Assembly: GCA_028869385.1 (NCBI GenBank)
Contig: JAGWSR010000061.1
Coordinates: 3,526-67,525 of the forward strand
Length of the DNA: 64,000 nucleotides
From: a bacterium
GTDB taxonomy: Bacteria; Vulcanimicrobiota; Vulcanimicrobiia; Vulcanimicrobiales; Vulcanimicrobiaceae
Direction of reading: 5' to 3'
Under the pieces are notes generated by a model. The model saw only the letters and a list, made by a program, of their open reading frames with translations. It was not told where the DNA came from and searched no databases. Of this stretch, positions 9,047 through 21,939 are shown one piece after another. Position numbers and translations under genes: made by a program. Position 1 is the first letter of the stretch. Every line of letters begins with the position of its first letter.

Positions 9047-11506
9047 GTGACGAACCGGCGCGTCGCGCTCGGGCAGCGCGAGCTCGACGCGGACCTCTTC
9101 GCGCTGAGCGCCGCGATCGCCCCGAGCGAACGGCCGTTGCTCGCGCGCTATCGCACGCGAACCGGAGCGGTACTGCAGCTCGACGGCGTCACCGTCGGCG
9201 CCTTCGATCGCGAACACGACGAACTCGTGCTCCCGCCGTCGGCTCGCGAGCGGCACCTAACGCTTCTCGTCGAGCGCTTCGCGCTGCCGGCCAGTGGGCT
9301 CCCAAGCGGCGACGGCCTGCGCTGGCGCTGGATGAACGCGCGCGGACACGAGCGCCCGAGCCTCGTGCTCGAACTCGTCGCGTTCGACGAGGCGCCGCTT
9401 CCCGCGGCGAGCGGCGCTCTCACGCTCTGGGGGCACGCGCACCTCGACGTCGCCTGGCTCTGGCCGTACTCGCACGCGCGTCGCAAGGCGCAGCGAACCT
9501 TCGCAAACGCGCTCGCGCTGATGGAGCGCGATCCGTCGTATCGCTTCATGCAGAGCCAGCCGCAACTCTTCGCGTTCGTGGAATCGGAGGATCCCGCGCT
9601 CTTCGAGCGCGTGCGCGCACGCGTCGCCGAAGGGCGCTTCGATCCGAGTGTCGCGGCGATGTGGGTGGAGCCCGATGCGAACGTGCCCTCGGGCGAGTCG
9701 CTGCTGCGGCAGATGCTCTTCGCGCGGCGCTATTGCGTGGAGCGCTTCGGCACCGAGCCGAGCATCGCGTGGCTGCCCGATACCTTCGGCTTCGCGCGCA
9801 CGCTGCCGACGCTGCTCGCGCACGCGGGCATCACGCGCTTCGCGACGACGAAACTGATGTGGAACGACACCACGCGCTTTCCGCACGCGCAGTTTCGCTG
9901 GCGCGGACCCGACGGCAGCGAGGTGCTCGCCGCGCTGCTCGCGTCGTACGAAGGCGATCCGTCGGCGCGCCGTGCCGCGCTCGCGCGCGAGCGCGACGAG
10001 CCGCTCGTCATTGGCTTCGGCGACGGCGGCGGAGGGCCGACCTACGCGCAGGCACACGCCTCGCGCGCCGTTGGTGCATGGTCGTCGCCGAGCGCATGGT
10101 TCGATCGTCTCGACGAGCGCCGCGCGTCGCTCCCCGTGCACGACGACGAACTGTATCTCGAGTACCATCGCGGAACGTACACGACCCATCACGACATCAA
10201 GGCGCGTAACGCCGCGCTCGAGCGGAGCCTCGCGCTCGCCGAGGAGCGTCTCGCGTGGTGCATCGCGGTGCGCGCGCAGCCCGAGACGCTCGCGCGCCTG
10301 CGCGAGGCGCTCGACGGGGCGTGGGAGCGCGTGCTCTGCAACCAATTTCACGACGTACTTCCCGGTACGGCGGTTCCCGAGGCCTTCGCACAAGCGCACG
10401 AACTCTACGACGAGGCCGACGATGCGGTGCGTCGCGCGCTCGACGCAAGCTCCGCCATGCTGCCGCGCGGACGTGCGGTCGCCGATGCCGCGCCGGTCGC
10501 GCCGCGACGTGACGGCGATGCGTACGTGTTCGACAACGGCATCGTGCGGGCGTGCGTGGACGAACGCGGATCCGTACACGAACTCATGGCCGACGGCGCC
10601 GCGAACGCGGTCGCGCGTGCGAACGTGCTGGTGGCGTATCGCGATCGGCCGCGCGCATGGGATGCCTGGAACCTCGACGCGGGCTACGAGCGGCGCCGCG
10701 TGCGCGTCGTTCCGCAAGATCACGCGATCGTGGACGGCGCGCTCGAGTGCCGGATGCTCGTCGGTGCGTCGCCGCTCGTCATGCGGATCGCGCTCGCGCC
10801 GAACGAGCCGTTTCTGCGCGTGACCTGCGCGGTGGATTGGCGCGAGTCGCATACGTTGTTGCGCGTGGAGCATTGGCTCGCGGTCGAAAGCGACCGCGTG
10901 CGGTACGGCGCGCCGCACGGTACGGTCGAGCGCGGCGCGCGTCGCGACACGCCCGCGGAGCGCGCGCGCTTTGAGGTGCCGGGCCAGCGCTACGCACTCG
11001 TCGCCGACGAGCGACGCGGATTCGCGGCCTTCGCCCTCGATACGTACGGTTGGAGCGCGCGCGTGCTGCGCGGCGGAGGCCTGCATCTCGGCCATTCGCT
11101 GTTGCGTTCGCCGACGTGGCCGGATCCCGGCGCGGATCGTGGCACGGTAGAGCTCACGTGGGCGCTCGTGCCGTGCGGCGCCGCGCCGATCTCGGCCATC
11201 GAGCGCGCGTGGGAGACCTTCGCTCACGAGCCGCGCGTGCGGCTCTTCACCGGCTCCGACCGCGCCGTGCTCGTGGTCGCGTGCAAACCGGCCTCCGACG
11301 GCGACGGCGTGATCGTGCGCGTGCGCGAATGCGACGGTGCCGACCGGGAGGTGCGCCTTCGCTGCGGGGCACGCATGCGCTCGGTCGAGGCCGTGGACGG
11401 GCTCGAGCGTCCGCTGCCCGCGCTGCCGGCACGGATCGAGGGCGAGGAGCTCGTTGCGACCCTTCCCGCGAGGGGACTGCGCAGTTTTCGGGTACGATTC
11501 TCCTAA
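9047..11506 (+). CDS. Glycoside hydrolase family 38 alpha-mannosidase
   Basis: ORF translation: WGHAHLDVAWLWPY..FMQSQPQLF..WVEPDANVPSGESLLRQ..WLPDTFGF..EYHRGTYTTH..NQFHDVLPGT. This is the typical GH38 N-terminal catalytic and central domain order. Confidence 0.85.
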   Translation: MTNRRVALGQRELDADLFALSAAIAPSERPLLARYRTRTGAVLQLDGVTVGAFDREHDELVLPPSARERHLTLLVERFALPASGLPSGDGLRWRWMNARGHERPSLVLELVAFDEAPLPAASGALTLWGHAHLDVAWLWPYSHARRKAQRTFANALALMERDPSYRFMQSQPQLFAFVESEDPALFERVRARVAEGRFDPSVAAMWVEPDANVPSGESLLRQMLFARRYCVERFGTEPSIAWLPDTFGFARTLPTLLAHAGITRFATTKLMWNDTTRFPHAQFRWRGPDGSEVLAALLASYEGDPSARRAALARERDEPLVIGFGDGGGGPTYAQAHASRAVGAWSSPSAWFDRLDERRASLPVHDDELYLEYHRGTYTTHHDIKARNAALERSLALAEERLAWCIAVRAQPETLARLREALDGAWERVLCNQFHDVLPGTAVPEAFAQAHELYDEADDAVRRALDASSAMLPRGRAVADAAPVAPRRDGDAYVFDNGIVRACVDERGSVHELMADGAANAVARANVLVAYRDRPRAWDAWNLDAGYERRRVRVVPQDHAIVDGALECRMLVGASPLVMRIALAPNEPFLRVTCAVDWRESHTLLRVEHWLAVESDRVRYGAPHGTVERGARRDTPAERARFEVPGQRYALVADERRGFAAFALDTYGWSARVLRGGGLHLGHSLLRSPTWPDPGADRGTVELTWALVPCGAAPISAIERAWETFAHEPRVRLFTGSDRAVLVVACKPASDGDGVIVRVRECDGADREVRLRCGARMRSVEAVDGLERPLPALPARIEGEELVATLPARGLRSFRVRFS

Positions 11507-12222
11507 TGCGAAACATCGAAGCCGTGCTTTTCGACTTGGACGACACGCTGCACGACGACACGCGCGCCTCGCATGGCGCCGCCGAGGACGTCGCGCGCGA
11601 GGTCGCGGCCGCGCACGGCGTGGACGCGCTCGCGCTCAAGCACGCCTATCTTGCGGAAGCGGGCAGCTTTTGGCATCGGCTCGATGCGGCACAACTTCGC
11701 GAGCGTCTCGCGGGCGTGCGCGTGCGCCTCTGGGGCGCCGCGCTGCAGCGCGTCGGCGTGGTCGACGAAGCGCTCGCGCAGCAGAGCGCGGAGCGCTACA
11801 ACGAGTATCGCAAGACGTACTTCGAGGTCTTTCCCGGCACGTTCGACGTGCTGCGCACGCTGCGCGCGCGCGGCACGAAGCTCGGCATCCTCACCAACGG
11901 ATTCTCCGAGACCCATCGCGAGAAGATCGACCTGTTGCGTCTCACCGAGCACTTCGATGCGATCTTCATCGCCGACGAACTGGGAATGCTCAAGCCCGAT
12001 CCGTTGCTCTTCGCGCGTGCGTGCGCGGAGCTCGGCACGTCGCCGCAGCACGGCGCGATGGTGGGCGACCGATACGAACGCGACGTACGCGGCGCGCTCG
12101 ATGCCGGCATGTATGCGGTGTGGCTGAACGTTCGCGGCGAGACGCTGCCATCCGACGCGCCGCCGCCGCACGCGATCTGCACCTCGGTCGTCGAGGTTCC
12201 CGCGGCGTTGGAGGCGGCATGA
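11506..12222 (+). CDS. HAD-superfamily hydrolase (subfamily IA-like)
   Basis: ATG overlaps the mannosidase stop (TAATG). Motifs: LFDLDDTL (DxDxT), ILTNG, KPDP, GDRYERDVRGA. Confidence 0.8.
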   Translation: MRNIEAVLFDLDDTLHDDTRASHGAAEDVAREVAAAHGVDALALKHAYLAEAGSFWHRLDAAQLRERLAGVRVRLWGAALQRVGVVDEALAQQSAERYNEYRKTYFEVFPGTFDVLRTLRARGTKLGILTNGFSETHREKIDLLRLTEHFDAIFIADELGMLKPDPLLFARACAELGTSPQHGAMVGDRYERDVRGALDAGMYAVWLNVRGETLPSDAPPPHAICTSVVEVPAALEAA

Positions 12223-12953
12223 CGCAGAGCGTACGCGATCTCGAAGGCACCTTCGCGCGCTCGTGGGTGTTGCTCCGGCGCAACTGGATCATCGTCGTGC
12301 CGGGGCTCGTGCTCGGCGTGCTCGGTGCGGCCGCGCAGTATGCCGTGAGCGTGCTCCTCGCCACGACCTTCGTGGTGAGCGGAAACGGCTCCGACGACGC
12401 GCTCTACGCGAGCATGGCGGTCACGCAAATCGCGAGCACGGTAATCGCCACCGGGTTCGCGCTCGTGCAACTCGCCTACATCACCGGCATGGCCGGCGCG
12501 TGCTGGCAGCGCGGAAGCACCACGCTGCGCGACGGTTGGAGCGCGCTCGCGCACCGGGTGCTCCCGATGATCGGCGCGTGGCTGCTCCTCGAAGTGCTCG
12601 CCATCTGTGCCGCGTTCTTGGCGCCCGTGACGTTCTATGTGACCGTCATCATCTACGCGGTCTTCCTCATCTATACCGTCGCCTCGGTTATCATCGGCGA
12701 GCGTGGACCGATCGGTGCGATCGCCGAATCAAGCGGCATCGCGTTCGGAAATCTGGGGCCGTCGCTCGGCGTCGTGGGGCTCATCCTGGCGATCGCGATC
12801 GTCGGCGCGATCCTCGGATCGTTCGTCGCGCGCGTCTCGCCGGTGGCCGCTTCGCTCGTGGCGGGAGTCCTGGAGCAGGTCATCGTAGCCTACGCCTCCC
12901 TCGTCGTCGTCGGTGAGTATTTGAAGCTGACCAACCGTCCGACGGCTTCATGA
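12219..12953 (+). CDS. Hypothetical polytopic membrane protein
   Basis: ATG overlaps the HAD stop (ATGA). About 6 hydrophobic helices. No enzymatic motif recognised. Confidence 0.6.
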   Translation: MTQSVRDLEGTFARSWVLLRRNWIIVVPGLVLGVLGAAAQYAVSVLLATTFVVSGNGSDDALYASMAVTQIASTVIATGFALVQLAYITGMAGACWQRGSTTLRDGWSALAHRVLPMIGAWLLLEVLAICAAFLAPVTFYVTVIIYAVFLIYTVASVIIGERGPIGAIAESSGIAFGNLGPSLGVVGLILAIAIVGAILGSFVARVSPVAASLVAGVLEQVIVAYASLVVVGEYLKLTNRPTAS

Positions 12954-12993
12954 CGCATCTCGACCCGGGGTAGCCCGGGTTGAAGGATACTCT

Positions 12994-15900
12994 ATGACCA
13001 CCGGCCTCGATTCCATCGTCATCAAGGGCGCGCGCGAGCACAACCTCAAGAACATCGATCTCACGCTGCCGCGCAATCAGTTGATCGTCGTCACCGGGCT
13101 TTCGGGCTCCGGCAAGTCTTCGCTCGCGTTCGACACGATCTACGCCGAAGGTCAGCGGCGCTACGTCGAGTCGCTCTCGTCGTACGCGCGGCAGTTTCTC
13201 GGACAGATGGAGAAGCCGGACGTCGATTACATCGAGGGGCTCTCCCCCGCGATCTCGATCGACCAGAAGTCCACCTCGCGCAATCCGCGCTCGACGGTCG
13301 GCACGGTCACCGAGGTGTACGACTATCTCCGCCTGCTCTTCGCGCGCATCGGGACGCCGCATTGCTACAACTGCGGTCGCGAGATCAGTTCGCAGTCGAG
13401 CGAGCAGATCGTGGATTCGATCATGGAGCTGCCCGAAGGCACGCGCCTCGAATTGCTCGCGCCGCTCGTGCGCGGACGCAAGGGCGAGTACACCAAGCTC
13501 TTCGAGGAGATCGCGAAGGAGGGCTTCGCGCGCGTTCGCGTTGACGGCGAGATCAAAGAGCTGCGCGAGAAGATCGTTCTCGACAAAAAGCGTAAGCACA
13601 CAATCGAGGTGGTGGTGGATCGCCTCGTGATCAAGCCCGAGGTGCGCAAGCGCCTCACCGACTCGGTGGAGACGACGCTGCGCCTCTCGACCGGCATCGT
13701 GACGGTTGCCCTTCGACAAGCTCAGGGTGACACGGGGCGCCACGGTGACACGGGGCGGCAGGGTGACACGGGACGGCAGGGTGACACGGGACGGCAGGGT
13801 GACATGGGGCGGGAGTTGACGTTTAGCGAGGCGTTTGCGTGCGTGTATTGCGGGATCTCGTTTGAAGAGCTCGCGCCGCGGCTCTTTTCATTCAATTCGC
13901 CGTACGGCGCGTGTTCGGCGTGCAGCGGGCTCGGTGAGAAGATCGAGATCGACCCGTGGAAGGTGATCCCCGATCGCAGCAAGTCGATCGACGACGGCGC
14001 GATCGTGCCGTGGAGCAAGAGCCTCGGGACCGGGCGCTTCCCCTCGATGAATCCGTACTATCTGCAGCAGCTCGAACGCGTGCTGCGCAAGTACCGCGTG
14101 AAGATGTCCACGCCGATCGAAAAGATGTCGGACGAGGTCGTGGACATCATCCTCTACGGCACCGATCGCGAACAGGACTTCGCGTTCACCTCGCGTGCCG
14201 GCAAGACGTGGGAGTACCGCGCCTCGTTCGAAGGCGTCGTGAACAACCTGCAGCGCCGGTACAGCGAGACGTCGAGCGAGTACGTCAAAGAAGATATCGA
14301 AAAGTACATGTCGGCCTCGACGTGCCCGACGTGCAAGGGCGCGCGCCTCAAGCCCGAAGCGCTCGCCGTCAAGATCGGCGGCGAGAACATCGACGCGCTC
14401 ACGCGAATGTCCATCGAGAACGCCGAGGCGTTCTTTCGCGGGATCGCGCTCACCGAGCGCCAGGAGAAGATCGCGCACCAGATCGTCAAAGAGATTCGGG
14501 CGCGTCTCGGCTTCCTCACGAACGTCGGCCTGAACTACCTAACGCTCGCGCGCTCGGCGACCACGCTCTCCGGCGGCGAGTCGCAGCGCATTCGTCTGGC
14601 CACGCAGATCGGTTCGGCGCTCGTGGGCGTGCTCTACATTCTCGACGAGCCGTCGATCGGATTGCACCAGCGCGACAACGATCGTCTGCTGGCGACACTC
14701 AAGACCTTGCGCGATCTCGGCAACACGCTCGTGGTAATCGAGCACGACGAAGATACGATGCGCATGGCCGACGTGATCGTGGATATCGGTCCGGGCGCGG
14801 GTGCCGAGGGCGGCGAGATTCTCACCGTCGGTCCGATCGAGCGCGTGATGGAGCATCCGATCTCCGAGACCGGCGCCTACCTCTCGGGTCGCAAGTTCAT
14901 TCCGATTCCCAAACGTCGACGCGAAGCGCGAGGCCATCTCGAAGTCAAGAAAGCCAACGCCAACAACCTGCACAACGTCGATGTGAAGTTTCCGATCGGC
15001 GCCTTTACCGCGGTGACGGGCGTGAGCGGAAGCGGAAAATCGTCGCTCGTGAATCAGGTGCTGGTGCGCGCGCTCAATCAGCATCTGCACGGACAGCCCG
15101 CGGGCGGCACGTACGGCACCGTGAAGGGCGCCGAGCAACTCGATAAGCTCGTGGTCATCGATCAGTCGCCGATCGGGCGCACGCCGCGTTCGAATCCCGC
15201 CACCTACACCGGCTGCTTCGACCACATCCGCGAGCTCTTCTCGCTCGTACCCGAGGCGAAGATGCGCGGCTACACGCCGGGGCGCTTCTCGTTCAACGTC
15301 AAGGGCGGACGCTGCGAGTCGTGCGAGGGCGACGGCATCATCAAGATCGAGATGCACTTTCTCCCCGACGTCTATGTGCCGTGCGAGGTGTGCAAGGGCA
15401 AGCGCTACAACGCGCAGACGCTCGAGGTGCGGTACAAGGGGAAGACGATCGCCGACGTGCTCGAGATGCGCGTGGACGAAGCGGCAGAGCTCTTTTCGAG
15501 CATCCCGCGCATCCATAACAAGCTCAAGACCATCTGCGAGGTCGGCCTCGGCTACATCAAGATGGGACAACCGGCGACCACGCTCTCGGGCGGCGAGGCG
15601 CAGCGCGTCAAGCTCGCGACCGAGCTCGCGCGGCGTTCGACGGGACGCACCTTCTACGTGCTCGACGAACCGACCACCGGCTTGCACTTCGCGGATATCC
15701 ACAAACTGCTCGACGTGCTGCAGCGTCTCGTTGACCTAGGTAATTCCGTGCTCGTGATCGAGCACAATCTCGACGTCATCAAAACCGCCGATCATCTGAT
15801 CGATCTCGGTCCCGAAGGCGGCGACCGCGGCGGAACGATCGTCGGCACCGGAACGCCCGAGCAGCTCGCGCGCAATCCGCGTTCGTACACCGGTCAGTAT

Positions 15901-16038
15901 CTGGTGCCGGTGCTGCGCGACCAGCGCGCGACCGGGCATCACATGCTTGATCCGAAAGAACTAGAACGTCTCGAGCGTGAGAATATACGTGCGCTTGACG
16001 ATCTCGCGAAGGGTGAGCGCCTCGCCGTCGAAGCGTAA
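12994..16038 (+). CDS. uvrA: Excinuclease ABC subunit A, carrying an in-frame repeat insertion
   Basis: Motifs: GLSGSGKSS and GVSGSGKSS Walker A; two LSGGE signatures; CxxC zinc modules ([34 protein letters not shown]). Confidence 0.95.
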   Translation: MTTGLDSIVIKGAREHNLKNIDLTLPRNQLIVVTGLSGSGKSSLAFDTIYAEGQRRYVESLSSYARQFLGQMEKPDVDYIEGLSPAISIDQKSTSRNPRSTVGTVTEVYDYLRLLFARIGTPHCYNCGREISSQSSEQIVDSIMELPEGTRLELLAPLVRGRKGEYTKLFEEIAKEGFARVRVDGEIKELREKIVLDKKRKHTIEVVVDRLVIKPEVRKRLTDSVETTLRLSTGIVTVALRQAQGDTGRHGDTGRQGDTGRQGDTGRQGDMGRELTFSEAFACVYCGISFEELAPRLFSFNSPYGACSACSGLGEKIEIDPWKVIPDRSKSIDDGAIVPWSKSLGTGRFPSMNPYYLQQLERVLRKYRVKMSTPIEKMSDEVVDIILYGTDREQDFAFTSRAGKTWEYRASFEGVVNNLQRRYSETSSEYVKEDIEKYMSASTCPTCKGARLKPEALAVKIGGENIDALTRMSIENAEAFFRGIALTERQEKIAHQIVKEIRARLGFLTNVGLNYLTLARSATTLSGGESQRIRLATQIGSALVGVLYILDEPSIGLHQRDNDRLLATLKTLRDLGNTLVVIEHDEDTMRMADVIVDIGPGAGAEGGEILTVGPIERVMEHPISETGAYLSGRKFIPIPKRRREARGHLEVKKANANNLHNVDVKFPIGAFTAVTGVSGSGKSSLVNQVLVRALNQHLHGQPAGGTYGTVKGAEQLDKLVVIDQSPIGRTPRSNPATYTGCFDHIRELFSLVPEAKMRGYTPGRFSFNVKGGRCESCEGDGIIKIEMHFLPDVYVPCEVCKGKRYNAQTLEVRYKGKTIADVLEMRVDEAAELFSSIPRIHNKLKTICEVGLGYIKMGQPATTLSGGEAQRVKLATELARRSTGRTFYVLDEPTTGLHFADIHKLLDVLQRLVDLGNSVLVIEHNLDVIKTADHLIDLGPEGGDRGGTIVGTGTPEQLARNPRSYTGQYLVPVLRDQRATGHHMLDPKELERLERENIRALDDLAKGERLAVEA
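13708..13816 (+). repeat. Genome repeat core (GCCCTTCGACAAGCTCAGGGTGACAC) plus 5 tandem 18-bp units inside uvrA
   Basis: The core at 13708-13733 is identical to the intergenic copies at 26954-26979 and 27008-27033. 18-mers GGTGACACGGGNCGNCAG begin at 13727, 13745, 13763, 13781 and 13799. They encode [36 protein letters not shown]. Confidence 0.9.
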
Positions 16039-16043
16039 TCTTC

Positions 16044-18451
<2,408 letters not shown>

Positions 18452-18526
18452 GGCCTCGCGAACCGGTCGAGACTAGACCGAAAGACCCATTCGCGGTACT
18501 CTAGACGTCCACAGGTACTGAAAAGG

Positions 18527-18946
18527 GTGGTGGGTACCGTGACTGACGGCATTTCCGATATTCGGAAGAAGCATGCGGCGCTTCAGGACTGCGCGGCTGA
18601 ACTATTTCGCGCGCTCGATGCGGGTGATGCGGCTGTCGCGCGCGGCGCGCTCACGACGCTCCTGACCGCGATCGAGGTGCACGTGCGAGCCGACGTCGCG
18701 CTCGGATATCGCCTCCTGTTGCGTCATCCGAGCGATGCGGTCCGTCGCATCGCCGAGCGCGTGTTACGCGATCAGGAAGCCTTTCCCAAAGAGCTCGAAC
18801 GCTTTATCGCCACCTGGCGCGATGCCGGGCGTGAGGCGATGGTGACCCCGGCGTTTCGCGACGAACTGGAGACGCTCGTGAGCGAGTTGCTCAAACGCAT
18901 TCGCGTGGAGCAGCGTCTCGTGGAGATGCTCTCAAGCGTAGCGTGA
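18527..18946 (+). CDS. Hypothetical all-helical protein
   Basis: ORF 18527..18946. Coding-like. No confident family call. Confidence 0.4.
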   Translation: MVGTVTDGISDIRKKHAALQDCAAELFRALDAGDAAVARGALTTLLTAIEVHVRADVALGYRLLLRHPSDAVRRIAERVLRDQEAFPKELERFIATWRDAGREAMVTPAFRDELETLVSELLKRIRVEQRLVEMLSSVA

Positions 18947-20455
18947 GAGCGGCGCGGGTTCGCGTCGCGTCGGAAGCGCGGCCGCGAGCGCGTCGGGAAG
19001 ATCGCCCGCCACCACGCCCACCGCACGCTGCGCGGCGCAGAGCTGCCCCGCACGACCATGCCAGTACGCTGCGGCGCGCGCAGCATCTACCGGCGAAAGC
19101 CCCTGCGCGAGCAGCGTCGCGATCATGCCGGTGAGCACGTCGCCGGTTCCGGCGGTCGCGAGCGCGGGCGTGCCGGTCGCGTTGATGTGCGTGCACGTAT
19201 CGTCGGCGATCAGCGTATCGCTGCCCTTGAGCAGCGTCACGATGCCGGTGCGAGCGACGAACTCGCGCAGCCGCGCGACGCGCGTGCCCGCAGCGATCGT
19301 CCCTTGCCCGGAGAGTCGTGCAAACTCCCCCGCGTGCGGCGTGAGCACACATTGCTTTCCTCGCAAGAGTTCGAGGCGCTTCGCGAAGTGAAAGAGCGCG
19401 CTCGCGTCGAGCACGAGCGGCAGATCGACCCGTTCCACGAACGCGCGGACCACGTGACCGGTGCGCTCGTCGAGCCCGAGCCCGGGACCGATCGCGACCG
19501 CGCCGCAGCGCCGCGCCACGTCGAGCAGATCGTCGGCGCATGCCTCCGCGGTACCGTCGAGGAGCGTCACCACGACCTGCTCGATCAGGTGCGAGCGCAG
19601 CGCCGGTGCGGCGGCCACTGGCGTTGCGACCGTAACGTATCCGGCGCCCGCGCGCGCCGCCGCCCGCGCGCAGAGCACGGCCGCGCCGGGAAACTGCGCG
19701 GAGCCTGCGATGATGAGGGGCGCGCCGGCGCTGCGCTTGTCGGCGACCACGGGGCGCGTGGGCAGCAGATCCAGGAACGCGTCATCGTCGAGCGCGGCGT
19801 AGGTGCGCGCGTGTTCGCGCAGGGTTTCTTCAGAAATACCGATCTGCGCGAGCCAGAGTTCGCCCGCGCGCTCGCGCGCAGGTTGCAGCAGCAAGCCGGG
19901 TTTGAGCGCGGCGAGCGCGACAGTGGCGCTCGCGCGCACTGCGTTCTCGTCAACGCTGCCCGTGAGCGCGTCGATGCCACTCGGAATGTCGAGCGCAATC
20001 ACATCGGTGCGTGCGCGATTCAGCGCGCGGGCCGCCGCACGGTACGCCTCTCCGAGCGGCAGGCGTGCGCCCGTGCCGAAGAGTCCGTCGAGCGCGCACG
20101 CGGCTTCGGCGAGCGCGCCGAGGGCATCATCGTCACTGGTGGGAAGTGCGAGAACGCGCACACCTGCGGCGCGCGCGCGTTCGGCGGCGTCGGCGCGCGC
20201 CGGCGACGGCGCGTCGTTCGGTGCGACGTACGCAATGCGTTCGTACCCCGCGTCGAGGTTGGCGAGGGCTGCGAGCGCGTCGCCGCCGTTGTTCCCGGGA
20301 CCCGCGAAGGCGACGATGCGCCCGCCCCGGTGACGCGCGCGGATCAGTTCGGCGATGCGGCTCCCCGCTTCGCGCATGAGTGCGATCTCGCCGACGCGTT
20401 CGCACGCGGCCGCATCGGCGGCGCGCATCTCGTCGGGTGTGAGAACGTAGATCAT
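18932..20455 (-). CDS. nnr: Bifunctional NAD(P)H-hydrate repair enzyme (epimerase/ADP-dependent dehydratase)
   Basis: N-terminal YjeF_N motif FAGPGNNGGDALAAL. C-terminal carbohydrate-kinase motif ATAGTGDVLTGMIATLLAQG. Confidence 0.85.
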   Translation of the reverse strand: MIYVLTPDEMRAADAAACERVGEIALMREAGSRIAELIRARHRGGRIVAFAGPGNNGGDALAALANLDAGYERIAYVAPNDAPSPARADAAERARAAGVRVLALPTSDDDALGALAEAACALDGLFGTGARLPLGEAYRAAARALNRARTDVIALDIPSGIDALTGSVDENAVRASATVALAALKPGLLLQPARERAGELWLAQIGISEETLREHARTYAALDDDAFLDLLPTRPVVADKRSAGAPLIIAGSAQFPGAAVLCARAAARAGAGYVTVATPVAAAPALRSHLIEQVVVTLLDGTAEACADDLLDVARRCGAVAIGPGLGLDERTGHVVRAFVERVDLPLVLDASALFHFAKRLELLRGKQCVLTPHAGEFARLSGQGTIAAGTRVARLREFVARTGIVTLLKGSDTLIADDTCTHINATGTPALATAGTGDVLTGMIATLLAQGLSPVDAARAAAYWHGRAGQLCAAQRAVGVVAGDLPDALAAALPTRREPAPLSRYA

Positions 20456-20814
20456 CGCTCGAGGATCACGACCGCGGCGGCCGTCGCGGCGGTGTGCGTG
20501 ATCGTGAGCAGGATGTTGGTGACGCCGCGTTCGGCGATCAACGCCTCGGCCTCGCCGTAGAGTCGGATGATCGGCTTACCGCTACGCTCGTGCGAGACCC
20601 CGACCAAGCGCCAGGGAATTGCGTGTCCGAACGCTTTGCGCGTCGCCTCTTTCGCCGCGAAGAATCCGGCGAGGCGTTCGGGCCAAAGGCGCTTGCGCAT
20701 TGCGTAGGCCATCTCTTCGTCGGTATAGATTTTGCGCGCGAACCATGCGCGCGCGCGCTCGTCGAAGCGATAGCGTTCGACTTCCGCAAGGTCGATGCCG
20801 ACGCCGATGATCAT
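20452..20814 (-). CDS. acpS: Holo-[acyl-carrier-protein] synthase
   Basis: Inner ATG of ORF 20452..21447. Sequence: MIIGVGIDLAEVERY..FAAKEATRKAFG..LTITHT. Its stop overlaps the nnr start (ATGA). Confidence 0.85.
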   Translation of the reverse strand: MIIGVGIDLAEVERYRFDERARAWFARKIYTDEEMAYAMRKRLWPERLAGFFAAKEATRKAFGHAIPWRLVGVSHERSGKPIIRLYGEAEALIAERGVTNILLTITHTAATAAAVVILER

Positions 20815-20874
20815 GTTCGGGCCTTCGCCGCGGCGACAAGTTTTCCGGTCGCGGGCGTCGAAACGCGGGCGGCA

Positions 20875-21417
20875 ATGGAGTCCCGCATCCGGATCGTTCC
20901 GATCAACGCCCTGGACGTCGCATTTCTCGATCGCCTCGTCCCGACGCTCGAGGAACGCTTCCTTTGCTCCGTCTCCATGGAGCGCACGCTCGCCGTGCCG
21001 CGCAGCGCGCTCAACTCCACGCGCCAACAACTCTTTCTCTCCACGTTGCTCACGCGCGTGCGCCGCGCGCATCCCGAAGGCGGCGGCATCTTCCTCGCGA
21101 TCACCGACTTCGATCTCTACAAAACGTCGCACCGCTTCATTTACGGCGACGCCGACGAGCAGCAGGGCATGGCGGCGGTCTCGCTGCATCGCTTGCGCTC
21201 GGAGTTCTACGGCGAAGGGCCCGACGCCAACCTGCTCTTCCAGCGCCTGCTCAAGGAGTGCGTGCACGAGCTCGGCCACGCGTTCGGGTTGAAGCACTGC
21301 TACAACGCACGCTGCGCGATGTATTACTCGAACTCGATCTTCGAGACCGATAACAAGATGTCGCACTTCTGCGACGCCTGCGACCGCCGCATCACCCGCG
21401 CGCGCAACGAACGCTGA
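20875..21417 (+). CDS. Archaemetzincin-like zinc metallopeptidase (peptidase M54-like)
   Basis: Inner ATG of ORF 20494..21417. Sequence HELGHAFGLKHCYNARCAMYYSNSIFETDNKMSHFCDACDRR. This is HExxHxxGxxH plus the Cys4 pattern C..C....C..C characteristic of archaemetzincins. Confidence 0.75.
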   Translation: MESRIRIVPINALDVAFLDRLVPTLEERFLCSVSMERTLAVPRSALNSTRQQLFLSTLLTRVRRAHPEGGGIFLAITDFDLYKTSHRFIYGDADEQQGMAAVSLHRLRSEFYGEGPDANLLFQRLLKECVHELGHAFGLKHCYNARCAMYYSNSIFETDNKMSHFCDACDRRITRARNER

Positions 21418-21504
21418 ACGCGCGCATAAGCGCGCGACAATCCGCACGTAGAACGCCCTTTACCCCACGCGCCTGCGCTCGAGGGCGGGTACTCGCTTGC
21501 CGTC

Positions 21505-21918
21505 TTGGGATTCGAGGTGTGGGTGGTGGCTCTGCGAGCGCGTTTGATCGCGATGCTCGTGGGTGTGATGGTGCTCGCGTTCGTGCTCTTGCTCGTAGGC
21601 GTGCGTTTGACGCGCGGGTGGAGTCGGTGCGCTCGACGATTCTGGAGGGCGCCCTTGGCGAGCCAGGCGGTCGATGAGGTCGTCGTGATTGACGCGCTGA
21701 CGAGCGAACTCTCGTCGCGGATGCGCGATGCGGCGATCCGGGTGGAGCGCTTGAACGACGTGGCGCGTGCGCTCGACGAACTCGTGGGCGGCGTGCGGCC
21801 GAGTCGCAACGGAGATTCGCCGCGGGATCGCGCTAAAGCCGCCACCCGTTTTGGCCGTACTCTCCTTATAGCAGGCGCGCTTCGTGGGGTGTCCGTTGCG
21901 TGCTTGGATTTTTGGTGA
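21505..21918 (+). CDS. Hypothetical single-pass membrane protein upstream of the chemoreceptor
   Basis: ORF 21505..21918 (TTG). It has a TM helix LIAMLVGVMVLAFVLLLVGV followed by a helical segment. There is no homology anchor, so it could be spurious. Confidence 0.3.
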   Translation: MGFEVWVVALRARLIAMLVGVMVLAFVLLLVGVRLTRGWSRCARRFWRAPLASQAVDEVVVIDALTSELSSRMRDAAIRVERLNDVARALDELVGGVRPSRNGDSPRDRAKAATRFGRTLLIAGALRGVSVACLDFW

Positions 21919-21939
21919 CCGATTCCTGAAGGGAGCGTC

